Part shown: positions 1 through 10,542 of the stretch, piece after piece
How positions within the stretch are numbered: position 1 is the first letter of the stretch
How the letters are laid out: every line of letters starts with the position of its first letter
Assembly: GCA_965221165.1 (NCBI GenBank)
Contig: CBDCRP010000002.1
Coordinates: 960,001-1,024,000, forward strand
DNA length: 64,000 nucleotides
From: a bacterium
GTDB lineage: Bacteria; UBA8248
Direction of reading: 5' to 3'
Program-made: the position numbers and the translations under genes
Notes under the pieces: generated by a model
Database searches by the model: none
The model's input: the letters and a program-made list of their open reading frames with translations, nothing else
What the model was told of the DNA's origin: nothing

Positions 1-830
1 ACGGGCCCCGGAACCGGGACGCTCGGCTTGAAGCTGTCAATTTCACGCACCGGCATGGCGCAAATAGCGCTCGATGTGATGAAGTACTCTTCCGCCTGCG
101 CCAAATCGTATGTCGTGATGTCTCTCTCTTCGACTGGAATTCCCAAACGTGCGGCCAGTTCGAACACCGCCAGGCGGGTCACGCCCTGTAATATATTCCT
201 CTCATGCGGCGTCCAGAGCGCGCCGTCTTTCACCATGAAGAAATTGGCGGTCGAGTTTTCCGCCACGTTCCCGCGAACGTCGAGCATCAAGGACAAAGAA
301 CCCGATGCGGCGGCGTCGAGTTCCGCCAGAATCTGATTCATTTTGCTCGTCACCTTGGCTCTCGTCTCGATGCATTCGGGCGGATTGCGCCTCGTGGGCG
401 ATATCGCCAGGCGCACGCCGTTCAAATACCGCTCCGCAAAGGACGCGACGTTCACGGGCCGCCAGAATATGAAGACGGAGGCGGGCCCCGCCGCGTGCGC
501 CGCCATGGAGGGATCATCGATACCACGGCTCACCCAATGGCCGACGCGATACATGGCCCCCTCTTCGAGACGGCGCAAATTCGACTCCAGAGTCGCCAGC
601 GTCGCCTGTTTCATTTCCTCTTTGCTTAGCCCTAAGTCGATGCGAACATACTTGAGCGAGCGATAGAGGCGGTCGAGATGATCATCGAGCCGATAGAGCT
701 TTCCCGCAAAACAAGGGGTGACCTCATATACCCCGTCGCCCCAGAGAAAGCCGCGATCGAAAGGCGATATCCTGGCGCTCTGCTCTTCTACGATCTCTCC
801 ATTGAGATAAACGAATCGCTCACCCGGCAT
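1..830 (-). CDS. Class IV PLP-dependent aminotransferase (branched-chain/D-amino acid family), 3' end runs off the window
   Basis: Absent from the ORF track. Manual translation from ATG 830 gives MPGERFVYLNGEIVEEQSARISPFDRGFLWGDGVYEVT... and later ILQGVTRLAVFELAARLGIPVEERDIT...AEEYFITSS, typical class IV motifs. Confidence 0.9.
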   Translation of the reverse strand, partial: MPGERFVYLNGEIVEEQSARISPFDRGFLWGDGVYEVTPCFAGKLYRLDDHLDRLYRSLKYVRIDLGLSKEEMKQATLATLESNLRRLEEGAMYRVGHWVSRGIDDPSMAAHAAGPASVFIFWRPVNVASFAERYLNGVRLAISPTRRNPPECIETRAKVTSKMNQILAELDAAASGSLSLMLDVRGNVAENSTANFFMVKDGALWTPHERNILQGVTRLAVFELAARLGIPVEERDITTYDLAQAEEYFITSSAICAMPVREIDSFKPSVPVPGP

Positions 831-1012
831 CGGACATTTCTCCCTTCCGCATCAACAAAGAAAGGCCGGCCCGTTAAAAGGGGCACAGCCACAAGTAATA
901 TGAAATATCATCCTACATACAACCATCTTACAAAGAAAACGGCGAAGGGCAAACTCGCTCCGGGAAATTCCGCCATCCGCTATAACCGGCTTCGGGTTTT
1001 ACCATTCATGCT

Positions 1013-1238
1013 TAAGGGAGTTGTTGAAAAACCCAGCCCTGGAAGCGGACGCATTTGACGCTCCCTCCTCGCTCGCGTCAAGTCCTCGTCTTGCCCTGAC
1101 GCTATATTGACCTCACCCTGAGTAGCCGCCGAAGGCGGCGTATCGAAGGGCGCTCCCTCAATACGGCGCGCAAGCGCGCCTACTCGGGATGAGGGAGGGG
1201 TGAATACCGACCTAAGATGATTTTTCAACAGCCCCTTA
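1013..1238. mobile_element. MITE-like element with terminal inverted repeats and internal palindromes
   Basis: Left end TAAGGGAGTTGTTGAAAAA and right end TTTTTCAACAGCCCCTTA are imperfect inverted repeats. Internal hairpins GCCGCC-GAA-GGCGGC and GGCGCGC-AA-GCGCGCC. No credible protein encoded. Confidence 0.6.
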
Positions 1239-1284
1239 TGGATCGGGCTCAGAGTTAAAAATTTCCTGAAGAGGAAAGATGCGT

Positions 1285-2877
1285 TCAATCCTTCTTTCCC
1301 CAGCCCCCACCGCCTGGCGTTTCAAGACGTACCTTGTCTCCAGGCTTCGCTGAAAACCGGGCCTTGCCGGAGAATTGCCTATTCTCACCTTCCCTGATGA
1401 GCGAATTCCTGCCTTTCATTCCCGGCTCCCCTCCTTGCAGGGGCCAAGGCGCTATTTCCCGCCTCTCCGTCATGAATGAGACGGTGGCGTCGCCCAGGAG
1501 TTCGATCTCGCGGATGATGCCGTCTCCGCCGCGATGTTTTCCCCCGCCCCCACTGCCCCTCCGAACGGTGTAGCGGCTCACACGGAACGGATAGGCGTGT
1601 TCGAGCGCTTCTATCGGGGTGTTCAGGGTGTTGGTCAAATGGGTATGGATCGCATCCTCCCCGTCGCCCCACGGCCCCCCGCCCATGCCGCCGCCCGTGG
1701 TCTCGTAATAAGCGTATGGACGGCCCTGCCTGGGTCCGGGGCGATGGTCTATTCCTCCTACCGTGAGGTTGTTCATCGTGCCGCAGGAAGCGGCGGGGAT
1801 TTTATCGGGACAGGCTTTCGCGAGAGCACCGAGTATCACGTCCACCATTCTCTGGCTCGTCTCCACGTTCCCCCCCGCCACGGCGGCGGGAAATTCGGCG
1901 TTCACCACCGTGCCCGAGGGCGCTATGACCTCGATGGGAGTCATACAGCCTGAATTGTTCGGGATGTCGTACGGCACCAGACAACGCAGGGCGTAGTAGG
2001 CCGCCGTGCGGGCGATGGACTCCACGGCATTCACGCTGCCTTGCGTCTGCGGCGCGGAGCCGGTGTAATCCACGCGCATCCTGGAGCCGCGTATGGTGAT
2101 CTCCACCCGTATCGGAACAGCGCCGCTGCCGAAACCATCGTCATCCATGAAATCCTCGAAACGATACCGCCCATCGGGTATGTCGCGTATCACCGCTTTG
2201 GTCAGCCGCTCGGAATACCTTTGCAGCTCCACCGTGTAGCGCAGCGTTTGGGCCAGGCCGTGACGCTCGATGATCTCCAGGATTCTCCGCTCACCCACGC
2301 GGTTCGCCGCGATTTGCGCTGCGATGTCTCCCCTGCGTTCCTCGGCCGTGCGCACGTTCGAGAGTATGAGGGCCAAAACATCTTCCTGCATCTCTCCCCG
2401 GCGTACGAGTTTTACCGGCGGAATCACCACGCCATCCTGGAATATCTCCGTCGTAATGCTCATCGAACCAGGCGCGATGCCGCCCACATCCGCATGATGC
2501 GCCCGATTGGCCACGTAATAAATCAGTTTGTCTTTTCTTCTCTCCTTGACGTATACGGGCGAAATCATGGTGATGTCCGGCAGATGGTTCCCCCCGTGGA
2601 AAGGGTCGTTCAATACGACTACGTCGCCTGGCTCAAGCACCATCCGCTCGATGACGTATTCCACGGACATCGGCATGGAACCCAAATGAGCGGGAAGATG
2701 CGCCGCCTGAGCCGCCATCCGGCCTTTTACGTCAAATATGGCGCATGAGTAATCTTTTCTTTCTTTGATATTCGGGGAAAAAGAAGAGCGGCACAGCGCC
2801 ACGCCCATCTCTTCTGAGGCCGCAAACAACAGATTGCGAAAAACTTCCAGGAGTATCGGATCGTATTTATCAGCCAT
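1285..2877 (-). CDS. Hydantoinase B/oxoprolinase family protein
   Basis: FSPNIKERKDYSCA, NDPFHGGNHLPD, HHADVGG and ETPGGGGWG motifs. ATG 2877 preferred. Confidence 0.92.
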   Translation of the reverse strand: MADKYDPILLEVFRNLLFAASEEMGVALCRSSFSPNIKERKDYSCAIFDVKGRMAAQAAHLPAHLGSMPMSVEYVIERMVLEPGDVVVLNDPFHGGNHLPDITMISPVYVKERRKDKLIYYVANRAHHADVGGIAPGSMSITTEIFQDGVVIPPVKLVRRGEMQEDVLALILSNVRTAEERRGDIAAQIAANRVGERRILEIIERHGLAQTLRYTVELQRYSERLTKAVIRDIPDGRYRFEDFMDDDGFGSGAVPIRVEITIRGSRMRVDYTGSAPQTQGSVNAVESIARTAAYYALRCLVPYDIPNNSGCMTPIEVIAPSGTVVNAEFPAAVAGGNVETSQRMVDVILGALAKACPDKIPAASCGTMNNLTVGGIDHRPGPRQGRPYAYYETTGGGMGGGPWGDGEDAIHTHLTNTLNTPIEALEHAYPFRVSRYTVRRGSGGGGKHRGGDGIIREIELLGDATVSFMTERREIAPWPLQGGEPGMKGRNSLIREGENRQFSGKARFSAKPGDKVRLETPGGGGWGKKD

Positions 2878-2886
2878 CGCGCCCAC

Positions 2887-4902
2887 TCAGCTTACGTTCT
2901 TCAAAACAAGATTGCCCCAATCATCCACCCGGCATTCCCAGCCCGGAGAAACGACCGTCGTGGCGCTGAACTCGCACACCAGCGCCGGGCCCTTGAAGCG
3001 ATTGCCACGAGAAAACATATTCCGCGCATATACCGAACCCTTGACTTCTCTTCCCGCAAAAATCATTTTTCGCTTTCCCATGAGCGCATGAGAAACGCTT
3101 TTGGGAGCTTTGGGAAGCCGCCTCATGGGCGGACGCTCCACCTCGCCGACGACCCGCACCCGGAGCGTCACGATCTCGATGGCGCTCTCGGGGCTCGAAG
3201 TGCCGAAGCGTTCATCGTGCAACCTGTCAAACGCCGCTCTGAGGCTCTTGCGAAGATCCACGCCCGTATCGGGTCGATAGGGAAGCGTTAATTCGTATGA
3301 TTGCCCGAGATAGCGCATATCGATGAAGAACGAAAAGGCGGGTTTCGGGAAACCCTCGAATTTCAAGTCGTCCCGCCCCTTTTTCAGCAGAGGGGAAAAA
3401 TGACTTGCTAGAGATTTCTTGCTCAACCCCTCGAGCGGCAGCAGCACCGTTCTGGCATAGTCTTTCACCACGTCCGCGGTCAGCATCCCGCGCGCGGAGA
3501 GAATCCCCGGGTCATTGGGAACGATGACGTTCGGAATCCCGAGGATCTCCGCCAAAGAGCAGGCGTGCATCGCTCCCGCACCACCAAAGGAGATCAGGGC
3601 GAATTCACGCGGATCGTGGCCTCGCTCCACGCTAATCAAGCGAATCGCGCGCGCCATGTGCTGGTTGGCTACGCGAATGACGCCCTCGGCCGCTTGGCGA
3701 GCGTCGAGGCGCAAGGACTTCGCCAGACACGCGATGCCGACCTTCACAGGCTTCATGTCCAGGCCCATCCTGCCACCCAGGAATTGTTCCGGATCAAGAT
3801 GGCCGAGAAACAGGTTCGCATCCGTGACGGTGACCTCGCTTCCCTTCCCGTAGCATATCGGACCCGGGTCGGCGCCCGCACTCTGCGGACCAACGGCCAG
3901 AGCCCCACCCGGATCGACCCGGGCGATGGAGCCGCCTCCCGCGCCTACCGTGTGGATGTCGATGAGAGGAACCCGTATAGGGCAACCGGCCACTTCGGTC
4001 TCCGCCGTGAAGCCGATGCCGCCATGCAGCAAGGACACGTCCGTACTCGTTCCACCCATATCAAACGCGATCGAATTTTCGAACCCCGCTCTTCTCGCCA
4101 CCTCATAGGCGCCCACAACACCGCCGGCAGGGCCGGACAAAATCGTTCGAATGGCCTCCTCGCCCGCCATCGTGCTCGAAATGACGCCTCCGTTGCTCTG
4201 CATGATGCGCAAACGTCCGGAATCAAGGCGCGATTCCAAATCCTTCAAATATCTATTCATCATGGGAGATACATAGGCATTCACACACGTTGTGCTCATA
4301 CGCTCGTATTCCCTGAATTCTGGAAGCACCTGGCTGGACATCGATACGTGTATACCGCTTCGCCGTACCGCGTCAGCCACTTTCTCTTCATGAGAAGGAT
4401 TCGCATAAGAGTGCAGCAGGCAGATGGCGACGGACTCGACACCCGCTTTCTGGAGTTTTTGTTTCAGCTCCCTGATGGATGAATCCTTCAGGCGGAGTAT
4501 CGCGCCGCCCTTTTCGTCCAGGCGCTCCGCCACGCTCATTCTGAGATTTCTGGGTACCAGCGCCGGGGGTCTGCGATACGCCAGATTGTAGAGTTCTTTT
4601 CGGTTCTGGCGGCCGATTTCGATCAGGTCCTCAAAGCCGGCCGTCGTCACGAGAGCGGTTTTCGCGCCACGGCGCGTGAGCAGGGCATTCGTCGCCACGG
4701 TGGAGCCATGGGTGATATCCAGGGTGACGCCGCGACCCTCTAAAAGTTCACCCAACCCCTGGAGGATGGCGCGCTCAGGCGCATCGGGCGTGGAGGGCAC
4801 TTTGTGAACTTGTACGCGAGCACCATCGAACGAGATGAAATCGGTAAAAGTTCCCCCTGTGTCGACGCCGATTCTAAGCGTTTTTTTTTCACGCCCGGAC
4901 AT
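2887..4902 (-). CDS. Hydantoinase A/oxoprolinase family protein
   Basis: GVDTGGTFTD, HGSTVATNA, SGPAGG, DMGGTSTD and GAGGGSIA motifs. Confidence 0.93.
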   Translation of the reverse strand: MSGREKKTLRIGVDTGGTFTDFISFDGARVQVHKVPSTPDAPERAILQGLGELLEGRGVTLDITHGSTVATNALLTRRGAKTALVTTAGFEDLIEIGRQNRKELYNLAYRRPPALVPRNLRMSVAERLDEKGGAILRLKDSSIRELKQKLQKAGVESVAICLLHSYANPSHEEKVADAVRRSGIHVSMSSQVLPEFREYERMSTTCVNAYVSPMMNRYLKDLESRLDSGRLRIMQSNGGVISSTMAGEEAIRTILSGPAGGVVGAYEVARRAGFENSIAFDMGGTSTDVSLLHGGIGFTAETEVAGCPIRVPLIDIHTVGAGGGSIARVDPGGALAVGPQSAGADPGPICYGKGSEVTVTDANLFLGHLDPEQFLGGRMGLDMKPVKVGIACLAKSLRLDARQAAEGVIRVANQHMARAIRLISVERGHDPREFALISFGGAGAMHACSLAEILGIPNVIVPNDPGILSARGMLTADVVKDYARTVLLPLEGLSKKSLASHFSPLLKKGRDDLKFEGFPKPAFSFFIDMRYLGQSYELTLPYRPDTGVDLRKSLRAAFDRLHDERFGTSSPESAIEIVTLRVRVVGEVERPPMRRLPKAPKSVSHALMGKRKMIFAGREVKGSVYARNMFSRGNRFKGPALVCEFSATTVVSPGWECRVDDWGNLVLKNVS

Positions 4903-5912
4903 CACCGCCTCCTGTGGGGCCAGGCTTCCGGATTCAACAAATCTGGAGGGCGCTTGCCGAGCAAATAAGCCTTCACGTTTCTCTCCACCCGCTCTGAAAC
5001 CGCATTTCGGCCCAGATCCGTGTTCGTCCCCAGATGCGGCATCATGACCACGTTCTTCATCCGCAGGAGCCTTGGTTGCGGCCTGGGCTCTTGTTCGAAT
5101 ACATCCAGCCCCGCTCCGCCGAGGTGGCCCGAGCGCAGCGCTTCGACCAGAGCCTTTTCATCCAGAATGGCCCCCCGGGCCGTATTGATGACCACGGCCC
5201 CTTTTTTCATGAGAGCGAATTCCTCTGGCCCGATGAAATGGTGCGTGGCGTCGTTTAAGGCCAGATGCACGCTCAGAAAATCAGACTCCATGAGAAGTCT
5301 CCGGAAAGAGCGGTACGAGGCTCCGACCTCCTTTTCCATCTCGGGGCTTTTTCTGTTTCGACTCCAGTACCGGACCCTCATGCCGAACGCATTCGCCATG
5401 CGCGCCACGGCGCAGCCTATGCGCCCCAGACCGATGACCCCTAAGACTCGACCGTTCAGGCCCCGACCCTCCAACAACGTGGGCGTCCAGCCCTTCCATT
5501 TTCCCGTCCGAATGTAGGAATCCGCCTCCACCACGCGCCTGCTTGCCGAGAGCAGAAGCGACATGGCGCATTCCGCCGTAGGCTCCGTAACGACGCCGGG
5601 CGTATTGGTAGCCAGGACCCCGCGCTTCGTGACTTCTTCCATATCGATATTGTTAAAGCCGACTCCGCAATTGGCGACCAGTTTGAGGCGAGGCGCCGCA
5701 TCCAGAAAATCAGCGTCTATCTCATCTCCCACCATCGAGATGAGAATATCCGCATGGCGCACGGCGCGCCTGTAGCTGCCGGGGCTCGGCTTCACGTCTT
5801 TTGCGTGCATGATGAATTCAGTGGATTTTTTCAATTCCGCGAAATGAGGCGGAGGAAACCTTCTGGAGAGAAATACGCGCGGAAGAGCGTCCGGGGATGC
5901 TTTATCATTCAT
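4902..5912 (-). CDS. D-isomer-specific 2-hydroxyacid dehydrogenase (glyoxylate/glycerate reductase-like)
   Basis: GLGRIG, INTARG, LDVFEQEP and PHLG motifs. Start moved to ATG 5912, just after the upstream stop at 5915. Confidence 0.9.
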   Translation of the reverse strand: MNDKASPDALPRVFLSRRFPPPHFAELKKSTEFIMHAKDVKPSPGSYRRAVRHADILISMVGDEIDADFLDAAPRLKLVANCGVGFNNIDMEEVTKRGVLATNTPGVVTEPTAECAMSLLLSASRRVVEADSYIRTGKWKGWTPTLLEGRGLNGRVLGVIGLGRIGCAVARMANAFGMRVRYWSRNRKSPEMEKEVGASYRSFRRLLMESDFLSVHLALNDATHHFIGPEEFALMKKGAVVINTARGAILDEKALVEALRSGHLGGAGLDVFEQEPRPQPRLLRMKNVVMMPHLGTNTDLGRNAVSERVERNVKAYLLGKRPPDLLNPEAWPHRRR

Positions 5913-5914
5913 TT

Positions 5915-7078
5915 TCACAACCGCTTTACGGCATCCGCGATGCGATCGACCGCCCGTTCCAGATTCTCCACGCTGTTGGCGAAGCACATCCTCAGGTGAT
6001 TGTCCGCATGAACGCCGAAAGCGGAGCCGGGCAAAGTCGCCACTCCTACTTCATCGAGAAGATAATCCGCAAAATCATCCGCGCTCATGGGAACCTGACT
6101 TACATTTGGGAACGCATAAAAAGCACCGTCAGGGTATTGGCAAGATATTCCTTCCACCTCATTGAGGCCTGCAATAAAGATATCGCGCCTGCGCTTGAAA
6201 TCATCCATCATGGCGCGGCTCTCGGACTGATCCTCCAAAAGCCCCTTCGCACCCGCCAACTGAATAAAAGGGGGCACGCAACTCACCGAGTTCGTGATGA
6301 GCTGGGCCAGCGGTTCGGCAAGCGCGGCGGGAGCGGCGATGAAGCCGAGGCGCCAGCCGGTCATGGCATATGTCTTCGAGAACGTCTCGAGCATGATTGT
6401 GCGCTCTCTCATGCCCGGCAGCGTGCCCAAGGAGATGTGTTCTCCCTCGAAAAGCATGTGGGCATACACCTCGTCCGATAAAACGATGATGTCGTTCTCC
6501 ACGACGATGTCCACGATGGCGTCGAGTTCATTCCTCGTCAAAGTCCCGCCGGTCGGGTTGTGCGGGTAGTTCAGGATGAGGAGGCGGGTTTTGTCGGTAA
6601 CCCGCGCGCGCAGATCATCCGCCGTAAAGCGAAAATCGTTTTCCTCCAAAATCGGCAGCGGCACGGGCTTCGCGCCCGCATAGAGCGCCACGGACTCATA
6701 GACGGGAAATCCCGGATCCGGATAAATCACCTCATCGCCCGGCCCCGCCGTGGCCATGATGGTGTAGTACAAAAATGGCTTTCCCCCCGGGCCGACCACG
6801 ATTTCATTCGGCGAATAATCCCCGCGCCCATCGCGGCTGAGCCATTCGCAAGCGGCTTCTCGAAGCTCCAACACACCGGCGGATGGACAATAGTGCGTCT
6901 GGCCCGCTTTCAACTGCGCATACGCTTCTTCGACGATGCTCGAGGGCGTGTCGAAATCGGTATCACCGATCTCCAAATGGATGATGTCCCGACCCTGGCG
7001 TTCCATTTCACTCGCCTTGGCGAGAACCACGAAAGCGCTTTCCGTTTTGAGCAGTTTCATCCGATCAGCCAAACGCAT
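5915..7078 (-). CDS. Class I/II PLP-dependent (aspartate-type) aminotransferase
   Basis: NYPHNPTG, SDEVY and FSKTYAMTGWRLG motifs. Confidence 0.93.
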   Translation of the reverse strand: MRLADRMKLLKTESAFVVLAKASEMERQGRDIIHLEIGDTDFDTPSSIVEEAYAQLKAGQTHYCPSAGVLELREAACEWLSRDGRGDYSPNEIVVGPGGKPFLYYTIMATAGPGDEVIYPDPGFPVYESVALYAGAKPVPLPILEENDFRFTADDLRARVTDKTRLLILNYPHNPTGGTLTRNELDAIVDIVVENDIIVLSDEVYAHMLFEGEHISLGTLPGMRERTIMLETFSKTYAMTGWRLGFIAAPAALAEPLAQLITNSVSCVPPFIQLAGAKGLLEDQSESRAMMDDFKRRRDIFIAGLNEVEGISCQYPDGAFYAFPNVSQVPMSADDFADYLLDEVGVATLPGSAFGVHADNHLRMCFANSVENLERAVDRIADAVKRL

Positions 7079-7094
7079 ATTTAATCCCCGTATC

Positions 7095-7700
7095 TTATAG
7101 CGCCGAGCGAAGCGGCGCGTCCGTCACAACACCACACCTCATGAACATATTCAACACTTCCGCAACGGGCAGACCCACGACGTTGGTGTAACTTCCCTCC
7201 ACCCTGTCCACGAGGCTGCCGCCCATCCCCTGAATGGCGTATGCGCCCGCCTTGTCCATGGGTTCGCCACTTTCCACGTAACGCCCGATGGTTTTCTCGT
7301 CAATTTCCCGGAAGGACACCTTCGTAGCGACCGCCTCCCCATGCCGGGAACCCGCTCCGAGGAGAGTGAACGCGGTTATCACCTCGTGTGTTCGTCCCGA
7401 AAGCATCCGCAGCATACGCGAGGCGTCATCCGTGCCCGATGGTTTTCCTAAAATTTTCCCCTCCAGCACGACTACGGTATCGGCTCCGAGAACGAACACA
7501 CCAGAATGCATCTTCGCCACACAGCACGCCTTGGCCAATGCGCGACACCCGGCCTCGGCTTCGGCTCCAAGCCCTGGCGCAATGCCCTCCTCCACGTCCG
7601 GGGGCGCCTGTACGACATCAAAAGCTAGACCCGCATCTTCTAAAAGCCGTTTTCTGCGCGGAGAGCCCGAAGCCAGGATAAAATGCTGAATCTGTCGCAA
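7095..7700 (-). CDS. maf: Maf family nucleoside triphosphate pyrophosphatase
   Basis: LASGSPRR, GADTVV, GKP, DKAGAYAIQG and NVVGLP motifs. TTG start at 7700 is inferred. Confidence 0.9.
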   Translation of the reverse strand: MRQIQHFILASGSPRRKRLLEDAGLAFDVVQAPPDVEEGIAPGLGAEAEAGCRALAKACCVAKMHSGVFVLGADTVVVLEGKILGKPSGTDDASRMLRMLSGRTHEVITAFTLLGAGSRHGEAVATKVSFREIDEKTIGRYVESGEPMDKAGAYAIQGMGGSLVDRVEGSYTNVVGLPVAEVLNMFMRCGVVTDAPLRSAL

Positions 7701-7719
7701 GAACCAGACCTGCGGAAGG

Positions 7720-8697
7720 CTAATTGTCTCGATCGACAATATAGTCGGCGATGTCGCGCAATACGTCGACATGGGAGGAGTCGGGCAAGACGGAAAGAGC
7801 CGCTTTCCCAGCCTCTACATATCCCCGAGCCCTATCAAGGGTGTAGTCCACCGTCCCGTATTTGTTCATCAACCCGAGAACGTCATCCATGTCCTCCGTG
7901 CGGATCTCCTCCGCGTGAACCACGAGGTGATTGAGCCTCTCGAACTCCGCACCCGTGGCCCGGGCGCAAACCCTGAGCAAAGGCAGCGTCACATTCCCCT
8001 CGCGCAGATCCTCGCCCACGGATTTCCCCGTTCTCTCGACATCTCCCATGTAATCGAGGGCGTCATCCACCAGTTGAAAGGCATATCCGATCTGAACGCC
8101 GAATTGGTGGATCGCTTCCGCGAACGTGGGCGGACTGTCAGGGATCAAGGCGCCGACGCGGCAACTCGCGGCAATGAGGGCCGCCGTCTTGCGGTAGATG
8201 ACGTCGAGATATTCCTCTTCGGTGAGCTTGAGGTTGTACATGTTCACCAACTGGAGCACTTCTCCTTCGGAGAGCAGGGTGCAGGCCTCGCTCATGGTTT
8301 TGATGATTCGCAAATCGGCGTCTGCGGCCATGAGGGAGAAACTCTTGGCGAAGAGGAAATCACCCACCAGGACACTCGTCTCATTGCTCCATTTGGCATT
8401 GGCGGACGGGTTGCCCCGCCTCATCTGCGCGTCATCCACCACGTCGTCATGAAGGAGCGTGGCCGTATGGATGTATTCCACCACACAACCCATCGTCGTG
8501 GCGCGAGGACCCTCATAGCCGCACGCCTTGGCGACGAGCACCAAGAGCATCGGGCGGATTCTCTTGCCGCCGGAACCAATGAGATAATCACTCACATCGG
8601 GAATCAAGACGACGTCCGAATGAAAATTCGCGTGAATCGCTTCTTCCACTTCCTGCATCTCGGAAGCGATTGAATCCGCAATCTCAGAAAATTTCAT
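7720..8697 (-). CDS. ispB: Polyprenyl (octaprenyl) diphosphate synthase
   Basis: GGKRIRP, HDDVVD (FARM) and FQLVDDALD (SARM) motifs. ATG 8697 preceded by GGAGG. Confidence 0.92.
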   Translation of the reverse strand: MKFSEIADSIASEMQEVEEAIHANFHSDVVLIPDVSDYLIGSGGKRIRPMLLVLVAKACGYEGPRATTMGCVVEYIHTATLLHDDVVDDAQMRRGNPSANAKWSNETSVLVGDFLFAKSFSLMAADADLRIIKTMSEACTLLSEGEVLQLVNMYNLKLTEEEYLDVIYRKTAALIAASCRVGALIPDSPPTFAEAIHQFGVQIGYAFQLVDDALDYMGDVERTGKSVGEDLREGNVTLPLLRVCARATGAEFERLNHLVVHAEEIRTEDMDDVLGLMNKYGTVDYTLDRARGYVEAGKAALSVLPDSSHVDVLRDIADYIVDRDN

Positions 8698-8903
8698 CCC
8701 ACCTCCGACCCGCAAGATAAACCCTGATGCGGGGTTTTCCTTCTCTCGACCATTTTCCCCGATAGCCGAACACAAGAGCAAATCAATCTATTGAGGAGGC
8801 CCATGGGTGTCAAGGCGCTGGAACGCCCCTTTTCCTCTGAGCGAAGCTCGGCTATGTTGCCAGAAACAGGGCGATTGTCCAACCATGGAGGGGAGTTCCG
8901 GTT

Positions 8904-9281
8904 ATGAGCAGAAAAATTCGAATTGCCGCAGGCAATGTGAGTATGGAGGCGGAACTGACGGAGAGCGAAACCGCGAACGCCTTGTGGGAGGCCTTGCCGA
9001 TCACCGGCGTGGCGAACGTCTGGGGCGAGGAAATCTATTTTCAGGTTCCCGTAGACGCGCCTTTGGAGGATTCCGCGCGCGAGGAGATGGAAGTCGGGGA
9101 AATCGCCTATTGGCCGCCCGGCAGCGCATTTTGCATTTTCTTTGGGCGCACCCCGGCGAGCGTGGACGACAAACCCCGCGCGGCCAGCCCCGTGAACCCG
9201 CTCGGGAGAGTGGATGGCGACGCGAAAGATTTCCTCAACGTCCGCTCAGGAGAAGAAGTTCGCCTGGAGAAAACATCGTGA
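8904..9281 (+). CDS. Cyclophilin-like fold protein (DUF369-like)
   Basis: WGEEIYF and GEIAYWPPGSAFCIFFG motifs. GTGA overlap with thiI. Confidence 0.8.
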   Translation: MSRKIRIAAGNVSMEAELTESETANALWEALPITGVANVWGEEIYFQVPVDAPLEDSAREEMEVGEIAYWPPGSAFCIFFGRTPASVDDKPRAASPVNPLGRVDGDAKDFLNVRSGEEVRLEKTS

Positions 9282-10531
9282 ACTCCGAGGGACCGAAAGA
9301 CGGCTACATCCTCATTCATTACAACGAGATTGGGCTCAAGGGGAAAAATCGCCCGATTTTCATCGATCGCCTCGCCAAGAGGGTCGAGCGTGCGGCTTCT
9401 TTGTTTTGTGAAGCGAAAGTCAAAAAACGCACGGGAAGACTTATTCTGGAAACTACCGGCCTTAAAGATTCGGACGCCCTGATCAAATCGCTCGGCAAAG
9501 TATTCGGACTGGCCTATTTCGCCCGGGCGCAAAAAACTCTGCTCGACCTCGAGGCGGCGACAAAAACTGCGCTCGAGATGATAGCTCCCCTAAAAATCAA
9601 AAGTTTTCGGGTGCGAACCCGAAAATCGTTCCCTTCCACGCCCGTCAGCACGAGGGAGTGGGACAGGACCATCGGCTCCAGGATTCAGGCCAGAAGACAC
9701 CTTCCGGTCGATTTGGAGCATCCCGGACTGACGATCCACGTCGAAGTCATTCCAAGAGAAGCCTGGATGTATGTGGAGAAAATACCGGGTCCGGGCGGTC
9801 TGCCCATCAACTCGCTCGGAAGGGTGGCGGCGCTCCTCTCGGGCGGCATCGACTCTCCGCTGGCCGCCTGGCGCATCATGAAGCGCGGCTGCGAAGTAGT
9901 GTTCATCCATTTTCATGGCGCACCCTATCTCAGCCGCGCATCCGCCGATAAAGCGGAGGATTTGGCCCAGGTGCTGAACAGCTACCAGTTGGGCAGCAGG
10001 CTGTATATGGTGCCGTTCGGAAACCTGCAAAAGGAGATCGTTCTCGCCACGCAGCCCGAATACCGCGTCGTCCTTTACCGCCGGTTCATGACGCGCATCG
10101 GCGAGCGGATAGCCGAACTCGAGAATGCCCGCGCCCTGGTCACCGGAGAGAGCCTGGGCCAGGTGGCGAGCCAGACGCTTCCGAATCTGGCCGCGATTGA
10201 AGATGCGGTGCAAATCCCGATTCTCAGACCCCTGATCGGCATGGATAAAGAGGAGATCATCGAAGGGGCGAAGGGAATCGATACGTTCGATATTTCCATC
10301 GAACCCGACCAGGATTGCTGCTCGTTGTTCGTACCCAAACACCCGGCCATCCGCTCTCACGCGGGCCACCTGCGCGGGCTCGAATCACGCCTGGCCGTCA
10401 ATGAAATGATCGAAAAAACACTCCATGAAACCGAAATCATCGATCTCGACGCGCAAGGACGGACGAGGAATTTTTCTTTCGCCCAAATTCATCCCGCTGC
10501 CGAGGAGGCGGTCATCACGCCGAAGGCATAG
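9278..10531 (+). CDS. thiI: tRNA 4-thiouridine synthase ThiI
   Basis: EIGLKGKNR, THUMP region, LLSGGIDS PP-loop and TGESLGQVASQT. GTG start at 9278. Confidence 0.95.
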   Translation: MNSEGPKDGYILIHYNEIGLKGKNRPIFIDRLAKRVERAASLFCEAKVKKRTGRLILETTGLKDSDALIKSLGKVFGLAYFARAQKTLLDLEAATKTALEMIAPLKIKSFRVRTRKSFPSTPVSTREWDRTIGSRIQARRHLPVDLEHPGLTIHVEVIPREAWMYVEKIPGPGGLPINSLGRVAALLSGGIDSPLAAWRIMKRGCEVVFIHFHGAPYLSRASADKAEDLAQVLNSYQLGSRLYMVPFGNLQKEIVLATQPEYRVVLYRRFMTRIGERIAELENARALVTGESLGQVASQTLPNLAAIEDAVQIPILRPLIGMDKEEIIEGAKGIDTFDISIEPDQDCCSLFVPKHPAIRSHAGHLRGLESRLAVNEMIEKTLHETEIIDLDAQGRTRNFSFAQIHPAAEEAVITPKA

Positions 10532-10542
10532 GTGCGCATCCT

